A DNA stretch of 62,567 bases, filler included, from Basidiobolus ranarum (taxonomy: Eukaryota), in assembly GCA_040143965.1 (NCBI GenBank). It is 23 parts of 23 records of this genome, joined end to end, with 100 filler letters (N's around TTAATTAATTAA, not from the genome) between each part and the next. Parts side by side here need not be neighbours in the genome. Positions count along the whole stretch, not along the records: positions 27,292 to 29,916 come from JASJQH010010003.1; positions 30,017 to 32,640 come from JASJQH010010004.1; positions 32,741 to 35,363 come from JASJQH010010005.1; positions 35,464 to 38,086 come from JASJQH010010006.1; positions 38,187 to 40,809 come from JASJQH010010007.1; 18 more parts are not named here. The stretch is one strand, 5' to 3'. Positions 27,932 to 40,909 of this stretch are shown here, piece after piece. The translations under genes were made by a program, and so were the position numbers. Position 1 is the stretch's first letter. Each line of letters begins with the position of its first letter. Under the pieces are notes generated by a model, which was not told the DNA's origin, did not search any database, and saw nothing but the letters and a program-made list of their open reading frames with translations.

Positions 27932-29916
27932 TCATTTGTTCAAAATATTGGATATACTAAAGCTAGACTTGATGGATTCTAATGATTCTGCTGATTTCAT
28001 CTGACCTAATTTTCGGGGCAGATTGAGAGCGTTTCGGCCATTTCCAGGTAGAGGAGGCAAACCGTTTTGCTTTGGGTTACCCGCACTGCCAAGGATAGAT
28101 ATACGATGATTTCCGGAACCATTGCGAAGAGAACCAGGCCCTTTGCCAATATTAGGTGCAATAGAGTACCTGGAGCGTGCGGCAGCACTGATGTTGGAGG
28201 GTTGCGGAGGCAGTTCGAGACCGGTAGTCTCTGTAGAGGTATTCAGTCCAATGGATTGTCTGTTCTTACCAAGGGCAATCTTTCTCTTCTTCTTTACTGC
28301 TGGCTCATCAGGTATATCAGTATTGGTAGCGAGAGATTGTCGTTTTCTGTTGAAGGATATCTTTTTCTTCAAGTTGGCAGCTTGTGGTGGTGATTTTTCT
28401 TCAGGTTCACTAGTTTCTGAAGCTTTAATGGCTGAAGAATCTTCAATTGCTGATTTTTTCTTGCGCTCCATTGGTTTTTTGACCGTGATAACCTTCTTTG
28501 CTGGTTCATCGAAGCTAGTCAAATCCTCTGAATCTATACTAGTGTTCATGGAGATTGTGGGGCTAGCCTTTTTTCTTCCGAATTTACTAGGGGATGCTTT
28601 CTTAGACTCATTGGCAGTGATTTCAGAGACCACAGATTGAGAAGTCTTCTCCTCATCTTGCTGAGGTACGATCTCAATGGCTGCTTTAGTGGGTTTCTTT
28701 CTGCTTCGCTTTGGTGAGGGTACAGGTGCTGGCTCTTCAGCCTGTGCTACGGCTTTCAAAGCTTGCTTTTTGGCAGGCTTCTTTGGTTCGTCAGTTTGCT
28801 TCGACTCAGAAGCAATACGCTTGTTATTTTTTTTCACGGGCTTCTCTTCAGGCTCCGAATCGGTCAATTCTTCGACAATAGCACTTTCTTGAACGACAGG
28901 TGCAGGCTTTTGACGTTTGGAAATTGGCTTGGTCACAATACTAATAATGTCATCTTCAGAGCTTTCTTCTGATTGGGGGTCTTGACTCACTTTCGTGGCA
29001 CCACGATGTTTTGCTTGTCGTTTCTGGATAAGATCCGAAGATTTACTCGTCTTCTCATTGACCTTCTTTTCCAGAGATTTGATTTGGGTTTCAAGTTGAA
29101 GACGTTCATCATTCCAACTTGCAGCCTTTTCTTTCAGTTGAGTCTGGGAATCGGAGGCCAAAGTTAAGGACTTTACCAATTTCTCTTTCAGCTTTTGGAA
29201 TTTCTCTTCCATCTTGGAATTACCCTGCTGAGTGGTGTTTTGAAATTCTTCATTTGTCTTCACTACCGCTTCAGCATTGTTAAGTTTGAGTTGGAGTTCC
29301 TTGATTTGATGAAGCATATCCTTCTTTTCAGATGACCAACGCTCTTGCTTAAGATGATGTTCCGCGGTAAGAAGATCACTTTTCGCCTTTGCAGCACCTA
29401 ACTCTCTCTACATGAAAGAGAAGTAATATTATGAGTATAAAGAAAGATGAATAACTGATTGAATGAATATTTACATTAACAGCCTCAATACGATCAGTCA
29501 TTTCGTTTCTTTGTTTTTCACTAGCAATTTGCTCATTTTTAACGTCAGCACGAAGTTTGCGAATAGTTTGTTCGAGGTCAGATATCTTGTGTATAAAGCT
29601 TTCGGATTCCTTATCACCACTATTTTTCTCAAGTAGCCATTTCTTGCGTTCCTTCTCCATTTTAACGGTCTCCTTTTCGAGTTGTGCTTCAAGGGAGGAG
29701 TTGGCTTTTTCAAGATTCTCAACCTTTAGAGCTTGGATTACAAACTTTTTATTCTCTTCATGTAACTTCTCTTCCAGTTCGTCTTTTTCTTTTTGAAGTT
29801 TTTGAGCATGTTGAGTTTCTAGTGTGAGTTTTTCCAATATCTGATTATGAGTCTCTTTAAGTTCATTGTAGGTGCTTCGAAGGGTACGAAGTATTTCTTC
29901 AGTGGATTCTTGCTTT
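27932..29916 (-). CDS. Coiled-coil protein with long basic, low-complexity C-terminus; 5' end missing; intron 29408-29474
   Basis: Intron joins the 153-aa and 461-aa ORFs in frame; E/K/Q heptad region then Lys/Ser/Pro-rich tail with NLS-like clusters. Confidence 0.85.
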
Positions 29917-30127
29917 NNNNNNNNNNNNNNNNNNNNNNNNNNNNNNNNNNNNNNNNNNNNTTAATTAATTAANNNNNNNNNNNNNNNNNNNNNNNNNNNN
30001 NNNNNNNNNNNNNNNNCTAAGTAAATTCCAATTGAGAATAATTGATAATATCTTAGTGAGTTATAAGATAACAAAGTGCTAAGCTCTATATGACTATGTA
30101 GGTGTTTAGGCAATGCTAATTTCAACA

Positions 30128-30457
30128 GTGAATAGCTTTTTGAGATAATTATGTATTGTACAGAAATGAAGCATTTATAAATTTCGGTGGAAACACAGAA
30201 AACTAATGCTGGTGTTGTGTTCAGAACATTTGTGGGAGTAAAATGAGCTATCTTTGGGGCAATTTGGACAAGTTTGAATTTTCCAATATGGAATTGCTAA
30301 TTCTCACATTATTCACATGTATATAAAATATATGTTCTGACTTGCAGTTAAGTGATATTTGACTAAGTAATCTTAACTAGCTTCTTTGTGATATATGAAA
30401 TAGTAAGGTATATAAAGATAGAGATTACAAATATGATAAAGACAATAAACTTCAACA
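30128..30457 (-). repeat. LTR family C interrupting integrase, itself abutted by an LTR-A end (30017-30127)
   Basis: Reverse complement of 19420-19750. Confidence 0.8.
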
Positions 30458-31600
30458 TTTTAGAATTTAAACATGAAAAGAGCTTCTTCTTTTCTTTCCA
30501 TAAAATGAACCCAAGTGTATCTTGTATAATCATCAATAAATGTGATCAAATATCTTTTCCCACCTATAGATATATTTTGTATAGGTCCACACAAATCTGA
30601 ATGAATTAGATCCAATTTTTTGACAGATTTGATTAAACCAGAGCTCTTGAATGGTTGCCTGGCTTTTTTCCATATATACAACCCTCCCAAATTCCCATTT
30701 TGGTTTGGGAGGTTAATTTGAAATCCAGAAATTAGCTGATTTGTGATCATTTTGCTCCAACAATCAAATCCAACATGGCGAAATCTCTTATGCCATAATT
30801 GAATAGTTTTTTGATTGGAATAACTTATTTTTACATATAAACCTCTTGGATTATTTGATATACTTTCTGATCCTTTTCTCCCAAGGCTAAATAATTCCCA
30901 TTTTGATTGGTGATTATGCATCCTGACTTATCAAAATTGAGTTTGAGTCCTTTTAAGGTGGCCTTGCATACAGATATTAAATTCTGGCCAATATCAGGAA
31001 CATGTAGTACATCCTTAAATGTATTCACTTTCTCTTCAGAAGCTGCAGTTAAATTGACTTGAATTGTTCCCATTCCAATGGCATCCAATACATAGTCATC
31101 TCCCATGAAAACCTCTCTAATTGGGATTTCTTCATAATTGACAAACAAATGTTTTTCATTTGTGAAATGTTGGGAGGCTTCAGAATCAGTGTACCTTGTC
31201 TGAGAATGCTTGCTAGTAGTCATAGATTGTGCAGACATGAACAAGTGATCTTCTGTTGTAACCACATTTCCAGATTTAGTACATTTTTATTCTTTTGCAA
31301 TTCTTTTAATGCAATCCTTGCTTGAATGGCCAGTTCTTTTACAATAATCACAGAACGTGCTACTTTTCTTCTTAAAGAGCTTTTGACCTTTATAGGAAGG
31401 TTTTACACAGCCTATTAAAGCATTTTCTTCATTCTTTTGGTTGGATCCCAATTTGCATAAACTTCATCCAGAAGTCTGCCAAATATAAAATTTAAGGTCA
31501 AATTTTCAGTTCTTAATTCTACAGCCATTACTGGGCTCTGATATTCATGTGGCAGGCTATTCAGGACTGTAACTCTGATATCTTGATTGGTAGCAGGTAC

Positions 31601-31947
31601 TGTTGAAATTAGCTTTATCTAAACATCTATGTAGTCAAATATAGCTTAGTACTTCATTATCTCACATTTCACTAAGATATGACCCATTATTCTTGATTGG
31701 AATTTACTTAGAATATTTTTACCAACTAAAAATTCTCATATATATAGATTTTTTGAACTTGTGCTAGAAGCCCCAAGCTTTGCACACAAGCTTCTGGAAT
31801 CTTCCTTAACATATTATACATGTTAGTTTGCTTATATCCTGACAAAACTATAAATGTCAACTTTTTACTCAATAAATCAACAAGTGAAAACCACCAATTT
31901 CTCTAATTCTCCAAACCACTTCCAACAGGCTGCCAAATACTTTAACA
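31601..31947 (+). repeat. Solo LTR family A with perfect TSD GGTAC, inserted antisense in gag of the same family
   Basis: GGTAC-TGTTGAAATT...TTTAACA-GGTAC. Confidence 0.93.
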
Positions 31948-33612
31948 GGTACTCCAATACTTTCCTTTTTCATCCACTAAAATAGTGACTTTATTAATTA
32001 GCAATTCAATGTCTATCCCTGGCTTTGTCTTTGAGTTAGAGAATTGTCTTCTTAGAAACATCTTGTTGGTAGCAGAACATGTTTGGTAGGTGTCTTCCAA
32101 GGCTCTCCATACCCTCTTGGCAATTTTAGCTCTTGAGCATTAAATTAGCAATATGTCTTTTACATTAAGACAAGTTGTGTTAAAGGCACTTTATTTTTTT
32201 CTAACCTGGAGTTAAGCTTTGGCTACAGACAGTTTTGCATTATTTTCTTCTCCTACAGCAGTATCCTAAAGTTCTTTTTCTTGCAGCCACATTCTCATTT
32301 TAATTTTCCAAACTTGATAATTGGTTCCACCCAATTTTTCAGAAGAGGGGAAATTTGAGAAGCAGACATTACAGAGAGTGCAAGCTCAGGGCTCATAACC
32401 TGTTAAAGTATTTGGGAGCCTGTTGGAAGTGGTTTGGAGAATTAGAGAAATTGGTGGTTTTCACTTATTGATTTATTGAGTAGAAAGTTGACATTTATAG
32501 TTTTGTCAAGATGTAAACAAACTAATGTTTAGAATATGTTAAGGAAGGTCCCAGGAACATGTGTGCAAAGTTTGGGGCTTCTAGCACAAGTTTGAAAAAT
32601 CTATATATCTGAGAACTTCTAAGTTGGTAAAAATATTCTANNNNNNNNNNNNNNNNNNNNNNNNNNNNNNNNNNNNNNNNNNNNTTAATTAATTAANNNN
32701 NNNNNNNNNNNNNNNNNNNNNNNNNNNNNNNNNNNNNNNNACTGTCATTAAATGCATACAATCAAATGTGGGACATAAGTTTTATGCCAAGGAATGTTCT
32801 TTGTTTCAAAGTTCATATCTATTATTTCTCTGCCGGGTATGAACCGACAAAAGAATCAAAGTAAAAAGAGAAACTGTAGCTACAACTATAGAAGGCAGCA
32901 GCATACTGATTCCCATGGTAGTCAAATTCAAAGATGCTACTCAATGCTGTAAGGGTTGTAATCAGATTGAAAGGTGTTAGTGAATGTAAACTATTGTTGT
33001 GGTCAACTAGCAAATGTTTGTGGATGGGGGGGTATATTCAGTAGTCACCTTCAAAATAACTGCAGATCAGGGTGATTTGCGCAGTCAACTTGCAAAATCA
33101 TTGTTGATGAGAGTCAAATGTGTTGTTAACTGGCAAAATGTTCATAGATGAGGGTCAAATGTGGAGCCAACTTTAGCAGTAATAGTGAGCTTATGGGCTG
33201 GCATATATATATATATATATATATGAGAAGTTATTCCTTTGTTCACAAAATAATTTGCCAATAAGAGGTTAAATATTATTTCTACACGTGCTACCTAAAT
33301 CCAACATTCATTATAGACATTAGTAGAAATATTCATCTCCATCATATATCCAAATGAGTACCGATAGCCCGGTATTATGGTGGCAATATGAGTAAGAGTA
33401 GAATCATTCGATAGAGCACGCATACTGGTGACGATGTGGTGCTGTGACTTACACAGGTCTATATTTAGAGTCAACTTGTCATAAAGCTTAGGTCAGATTT
33501 ATCTCAATATTCCCATACTTTGCAAGTGAATTTTTTAATGGTTCATAATAGATATTCACCGTTCCGACAATCGGTTACGGGAATAGTGGTTTATTTCTCA
33601 AGTGGAACAGCT

Positions 33613-34548
33613 TTACTTTAATGGGTATTTAATGCTGCTGCTACAAGAATAGCTGCCTTTGAAACTATCGGGGACATAGGTATCTCTACCCTTGACATGA
33701 AAGTAGGCCTAGATCTCGTTGATAGTGCCAGATTTGCATTTGAAATAAGGTGTGATGCCAAGTGCACTTTTGATAGCGTTGGCCATGGCAGTTTGAGTAT
33801 ATGTACCACCAGGTACGATGTCAGCTTTAGCTAGAGCTCCATGTAGATTGTATTTTGAACGAAGGCTTAAGACGCTTTGAAAGTAATCAATCATGTCCTC
33901 ATGCTTCTGGTAACTGGAGCCATAGCATTTGGGACTCGATGTGGATACGCAAGTTTCATGCTTAACTCATTCATGCTTCCTATATTGTTGATAGTGTGTG
34001 TTAATTCAAATAGGTAAATAACTGATTCAGTAATCGCTAACCAGAAAACGCCATTGTCACTATTATACGATGTCCAGTAGGTATTCATTTGGCTGTAAAG
34101 ACTGCTGTTGAAACTTTGTAGGTTTGTACCTACATTCTTGTACGCCCGAGAGGTGTCGCAGCCATCAGCAGGGCCTTGACCACCAGAGCTGATATGATCA
34201 AACATGATATTAGTAAGCAAGTGGTATGGGTTGGTGTGATACATGTATGTAAGCTTACCAGGTGTTTGGCCATAATACGTGTAGGGTAAAAGCGTCTTTA
34301 GGACCATAACCCGGGATCCACTATAATTTAGAAGAAAAGTCCGTTTGTTAGTATAGACCATTACATTTAGAGAACTCTAGTATTCTACACACTTGTTGAG
34401 TAAGAACTATTACACCATATGAAGGAACACAGCACGAGTCAGCGTTCGAAACGGCGCAGGAGATGCTGTCAATGGGGTAGGATTCCTGAGCGAGAATAGC
34501 TACTGAAGAAGCCAAAGCACCGAATGTCAGGAAGGTCGAGAGCTTCAT
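33613..34548 (-). pseudogene. Ribonuclease T2 (RNase Rh-like) pseudogene, 4 exons
   Basis: Signal peptide, DSCCVPSYGVIV, FTLHVLWP (canonical HGLWP), FWKHE*VKHETC (canonical HEW.KHGTC; TGA at 33967-33969), second stop TAG at 33709-33711, frameshift before DSFKGSYSCSSIKYPLK*. Confidence 0.9.
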
Positions 34549-35463
34549 ATCTTGAGGCAGGAGGGAGATACTAGGGTATGACGAAATATTGACTCCTACT
34601 CGTTGGTTTTATATCGTTTGGCCAACAGCCTGGAAGTAGAGTCGTCCACCAAATCCTAAATAAAAATACTGATGATATTATTAAAAATATACCCACTTGT
34701 CGTATCTGAAGAGGTTTGAATTGCATTCCAAGTATTTTAATTGCTGAAGCAAAGTTTTCTATTTACCGGTATACGTATATAAGTGAATGACTCGACTCTC
34801 GGTTGACGAGGGTGTACTAGTCACGTAGTACTTTTCATTACGTTCGTTGCACACATTGGATTATGATACTAGCGCAGATATGATATTAGCGCAGAAACGA
34901 AAATTCCAGTATTTTAATAATGAAAATGAGGAGTGTAAAAATTGTTCTTCCAACCTGTGCCCTTTATCACTTCGTGCATGGACTGAAGTTACCTTAATTA
35001 AGTAATCAGTATTCCTTGCTTTGGCTAGCTAAAAATTGAGTTGCAAGTGCAGTATTTATGTCGCTCTCTTTCTTTCGGGTTCCACAAACTCTTGTCTTTC
35101 ATCAGTAGCAGATATAGGTGAGTTTATCCCGGCATTGGTTGATTTGGTCCAGACTGATAAAACTCGTATGATGTACGTATTCTATGTAAGGTTCAACAGT
35201 CACCTAAAGTGGCAATATTGTTGATGTACAAGATATTGATAACTTTGTAAAATTAACTTGTTATATATGTAAGTAAATTTGCTAAATTCGCTAGAAACTA
35301 AAAGCTTAATTTATTGAAGAATGTGATTAATTAATTTATGCTGTAAGCGTGAACTTCCTATTTNNNNNNNNNNNNNNNNNNNNNNNNNNNNNNNNNNNNN
35401 NNNNNNNTTAATTAATTAANNNNNNNNNNNNNNNNNNNNNNNNNNNNNNNNNNNNNNNNNNNN

Positions 35464-35686
<223 letters not shown>

Positions 35687-38354
35687 ATTCATCCCCTAGA
35701 CTGCTCGTTTTCTTTACAATGTTCTCGTTTTCTGTTATGTACAATCCAAACTCTCATTTTGAAATCATTAACTCCACTCTAGTGATTGAATTCCACGTTG
35801 CCCTGTTGATTTGTAAATCCATCAAGAAATAAAGAAAATGGAGTTACCATACATCATATTTGGTCGATGAACATACGCTCTAGACAAACAAAGGGATGCC
35901 GAACGAGTCAACATATACTTGACGAGCTCATAGCAAGAGTTCGCCACTTCGAGGCATGTGAATCTGTAGCGACGACAACTGTAAGAATACCATTTAAACA
36001 GTGCAGTGATACAATTGATCAGGATGATTGGTGTATTGAATCAGATTGATATGATGGGATGCTCCTTATTATATATCAATATAGATATAGTAACAAAGGT
36101 TAGTACTTGTTAGGGAGAATTACTATGATGATGGCAGTAGTTTCTAGTTTAAGATAACGAAGTTGATACGACAAATATGTTTAAAGGTCAGGTGATATGT
36201 TGGTTGGTTTATTGTGGAGCCTATTTATGATTATAAGCTGCTACTTGTAATCACTGCTCACCTAAGATAGGGTTTTCTGGCCTATTCAAGGGGTGTGTCT
36301 AGTTAGGGTTAGCATATTGTGAGAACTGTGGTATCCTGGTGGCCCCCAAACTCTATACCTGGCCCCTGCTTAGTTTCCCTGAAGCCGTTGAACGACAATG
36401 AAGAAAGGTGCCTTGAATATCGATTTAGTCTCTTACAGATAGCAACATTAAAGTATAAATCAAGTCAGAATGGATCCATTTTACTCATGTTCAGCTGACA
36501 TTATATGTATCCTACCTCAACGGATGTCAGTGTTGAAGCAGTCACACAGGCGTTCCAAAATGTCTCCATATAATTTTTAATCGTGCTAGAAATTTTAAGG
36601 CGTCCGATCGTACATATGTCAAGTAGTCATGGTCATTATCCAAAAATAGAAGCGCTAAAATTTCAAAACTCAATACTATATATATATGCATACGATTCGC
36701 TCGTAAAATGTGAATAGATGTTTTCCAGTCAGACGGCTGCACTAACGCTATTTGAGAAAACTAAGGACTACCACTGCTGTGCAACATCATTTGAGATCGT
36801 ATATATATAAGATAGCATTCCTTCGTTGTACACAATAAATCGAAGTTAGTACACGACATATTACTAAATTGAAGAGAACAAAACACCTTAGAAACTAGGG
36901 TTATTTCTTTTTTCAGATCTCGAAGTATATATGGTGCCCTCGTCAGTTACAGTTGTCCCTTTATTTAATTGTGAGATGTTAGACTTGGATGATTCCGAGG
37001 TTTTGGGCAAATTGTTCGGTAAATAATTGAAGGATACTATGGTAAATGTCTATCAAAGTAGACATGTTCAAAATGGTAGTGACTACTTAATAAACCCACA
37101 CTATATGTAACTCTCCGCCAGTTTGGCTGGAGGAAAGTGATCATCTAGCATAAATATACATCCCTCAGGTGTTCATGCCTTGACTATGAGAGTATGCCTG
37201 AAAAGTGGTTATCAAGAAATTCACGATGACTAGAGTGCTATCGGTTACCAATATGAAGCTGAGTGGTTTTAGGCACATGTAGAGTCAGGGACAAGATGGG
37301 TTATCACTTGAAAACTGAAATATTGACGAACCCCGAACTGATCTGGTTGAGATGTTTTGATTCCATTTCCCTCCTAGATGTTTCCAGTGTTTTATGCTCA
37401 GTCCGTATCTCGACCGCACATCTGAAGCTCCAGGGCCATTTGTGAAGTGACTCAACTTGGTTTTAGAGCGGCATTTAGCAGTGTCTGAGATTTTGTCTCT
37501 TAGGTGGAAGCCAATTAATGGTATCCATAGCCAGAAGGATTCAAAGTATTGGAATTCGCATTCTTTAAATTCCTTAAAACGATCAATTAGCAGTACGGTC
37601 AGATGATCACAAGGAAACTGCTGACGGTATACATTATCTATTAGTTAGTAAATTTAGGATAGAATGACCATTAGTTCCCAAAACCTCCAAGCGATTCCAA
37701 TACAATCCATTATGGGCACCAAATGCCGTACAAGTATAGAAACAAAGGTGATGCGATCATTTCAGCATAAAGCCAATCATCTTGGAAAGTTACCCAAGTT
37801 ACCAAGCTTTTAAGGGCACATTATTTAATTCGAAGACAATTTAGAAAGAGAGGAACGAATAGAACCTGACTAGTGACTGATAATCATCCTCTGGGACCAA
37901 TGATGCATTTTCACTTGGCACACCACAGTTTTGAAAGTTTGAGATCTCCATACTCCCGCAGATAGGAGGTCATTCACCAGTCGGTGCTTGATTTCTGAAT
38001 CTATATACTATTGTCACATAATCTCCATCCAGGACAAATCCCAACTAACCAACGGGGGCAAACAAAAACTAGATTTAAATGAACTGNNNNNNNNNNNNNN
38101 NNNNNNNNNNNNNNNNNNNNNNNNNNNNNNTTAATTAATTAANNNNNNNNNNNNNNNNNNNNNNNNNNNNNNNNNNNNNNNNNNNNGGTTGTTGCAGTCA
38201 GTATTATTTTTAAAGCGAAGATGAATGTCGAATATATAGTACTTTACCTAACCTTAAATCCGATGACGAAATCGAATGGAGGCCATCAGAGGTTACAACG
38301 TGACATACAATATTTATAGTGTGAGATCTGGGTACCTTAGTTAGTGTGAGTAAT

Positions 38355-38683
38355 TGTTGAAATTAGCATTGTCTAAACACCTATATAGTCATATATAGCT
38401 TAGTATTTAGTTATCCTATATTTCGCAAAGATATCACCCATTATTGTCAATCGGAATTTACTTAAAGTTCTCAGATGTATAGATTTTTCAAACTTGTGCT
38501 AGAAGCCCCAAACTTTGCACAAATGTTCCTGGGACCTTTCTTAACACATTCTACATGTGTGTTTGCTTAGATCTTGACAAAATTATTAATGTTAACTTTC
38601 TCCTCAATAAATCCATAAGTAGAAACCACTAATTTCTCTGATTCTCTAATCCACTTGCAACAGGCTCCCAAAAATACTTCAAC
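38355..38683 (+). repeat. LTR family A; a more decayed copy follows at ~38830-39070
   Basis: Direct match to 31601-31947. Confidence 0.85.
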
Positions 38684-39289
38684 TATATAGACACAGAGAT
38701 ATTCCTAATTAGAATATAGTGACCATAGATACGTTGCTTTCTGTTTCTGATATCTGTATCATAACTAAAGTTAACTAAGATGCTGAATCAAGATTGACTA
38801 TGCAGCACATGCCTATATGTATACTGAGGTTAACATAATCTAAACATCTGAATATTCATACATGGCTTAATATTTGGTTATTCCATATTTCACTAGTATA
38901 TCACTCACTATTTGAAATTGAAATTCACTTGGAATATGTTTCCCAACTTGAAGTTCTCAGATGTAAAGATTATCCAAACTTGCCATAAAGGCACCAAACA
39001 TTTGACACATGTTCCAGCAATCTTCCTTAACATATTCTGCATTTTTGCGCATTGACAAGGCTATATATATCAGCTTTTCAAAAATAACGATAGCCTGGAA
39101 GGTCCAGTAATGTAGCCCAGGCCAGTAAGTGCGGTTATGATAATGGGACCTAAGATATAGTTTAAACTTATGGAGATTCCTATTTGTTCAATCAGTACAA
39201 TACAAGTGTTTTTCAGGTAATTAAAACTATGGTTAAGAAAGAGGAAATCATTTTTTCAGTATCTAGTCCACTCGTTACCTATTTAGTCT

Positions 39290-39770
39290 AAGATTGCCGC
39301 TATGGATGCAGAAAATCCTTATTCACCGGTTTTAATGGGTCGATATGAACGTCATCACGATTATCTTCGCATTTCTATCACAGAGAAATGTAATTCATGC
39401 TGTAAGTGTATCCTTAGTGTTTAAATACTAGCTATCTTTTTTGAATATGAAATCAATCTAATAATGGATTTTCTCTCGGGTTTAGGTTTATACTGTATGC
39501 CTGTTGAAGGAATCGACTTACTCGGAAAAAATGTCAACTACTGAAGAGATTTTACGTCTCGCTATATTATTCGTAGACCAAGGTGTAACTAAAATTTGAT
39601 CAACTGGAGGAGAACCTACAGTTAGAAAGGATGTAGTGGAATTAGTTCGTGAGTAATTCATCCCTTTCAAATGAATCACTCATTTCTTGTTCTAACTTTA
39701 GCTTTAGTTAGAGGAGCTTGGGAAGTTAAGAGAATGTGGATTGTGTACTATCGCTGTGACCAATAATGTC
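39290..39770 (+). pseudogene. MOCS1: GTP 3',8-cyclase (MoaA/MOCS1A, molybdenum cofactor biosynthesis) pseudogene fragment
   Basis: YLRISITEKCNSC|CLYCMP radical-SAM CX3CX2C motif across an intron, frameshift near 39525, EEILRLA..FVDQGVTKI*STGGEPTVRKD (expected KIRLTGGEP); homology ends near 39770. Confidence 0.88.
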
Positions 39771-40125
39771 CGCAGAAAGTACAACATTAGTCTTGTAAAT
39801 AGTATAAAATAGAGTCAAGGAGTCCATCTCAAGTGCTTGTTCCGGATGTCCCCATTTCCACCAGAAATACTAGAACTAATATTCTACCATCACACCTCTC
39901 CTCAGCAACTCCTTGGTACTTGTAAATTATTTCATCTATCCAAACAGAATAATGTTCGCACAAACTAGCTTTAGAGACATCAGACTTTTTTCAATCTTTT
40001 CCCGGTGACCACATAATCTCTTATTCAACCTTACACTTTATTCATTCCTGTAGTGTCCACTTTCTTACTACGTTGGATTTTAAAGAACTCACATAAACTC
40101 CATGACCCAGATATAATTGCTTAGT

Positions 40126-40809
40126 TTTTGTCGCAGTTGAAATTCCGGTACGAGTTCAATATTCTATCACAATCGGAAAGTCATGAAAACAAAATAATCG
40201 AGGAATTGGGGATTTTATTGATACGAGCTCCTATCATATACTCCGAGTCACTTATGACTTGGCTCTTCGAATATCTAAACATCTCTGGACTAGTATTTTT
40301 AGATTGTGCAACTGAGCAGATACAGAAATGCTGGAACAAGAAATTTAGAAGAGCCGTATTGCGATTACTCATCTGTGCTTGCAGCTATCGTAAAGACAGG
40401 GTACGTTGTGGCAGTGTAAAGCAGTTAGGAGTCTCTTTAAGTTTATTTACAGATATGGAGCTAAAAAAGATGAAGTATTTTGAGGAGTGTCCAGAAAATG
40501 CAAGAGAACAACTCAGGAGTACTTTGTGTAGAGACACAGATAAATTATTGTACTTGTTTTGCATGTATGACATCCGTTTGGAGTTTATAGAAACAAGTTT
40601 GAGCGACTATGGTATAAATGTAGACAACATACGATGGTTAATCGAATGCTACTCAAATATCATTCGCACCTCCAAGACTCTTCTTCTACATAACGCCAGA
40701 ATGTGTGGCAATGATCTTGGAGAGCTAGTCGAGTTGGTTCAGTTCCTAATAGAGGAGATATATCATGTAAATAGTAAACTGCAATTTGAAGGATTCTACG
40801 ATATGTTGA
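40126..40809 (+). CDS. Unknown Leu-rich helical protein exon (>225 aa), cut by contig end
   Basis: Long stop-free frame after a CTTAG acceptor-like site; normal CpG content. Confidence 0.55.
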
Positions 40810-40909
40810 NNNNNNNNNNNNNNNNNNNNNNNNNNNNNNNNNNNNNNNNNNNNTTAATTAATTAANNNNNNNNNNNNNNNNNNNNNNNNNNNNNNNNNNN
40901 NNNNNNNNN

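Larger units (their letters stand above)
30017..32640 (-). mobile_element. Decayed copia family A element (5' LTR 32401-32640, PBS, gag from 32369, zinc knuckle, protease, integrase) with nested LTRs
   Basis: PBS GGTTATGAGCCCTG; NYQVWKIKM; CDYCKRTGH..KDC; DSEASQH; LWHKRF; IHSDLCGP..RYLITFIDDYTR. Confidence 0.93.

Noticed and set aside
28067..29796. Several + strand ORFs up to 172 aa
   Set aside because: Antisense shadows of the coiled-coil gene.
33204..33223. (AT)n microsatellite
   Set aside because: Ordinary short repeat.
37280..37800. Minus-strand open stretch weakly resembling a membrane/RGS protein exon
   Set aside because: Frames break and the similarity is too weak to call by eye.
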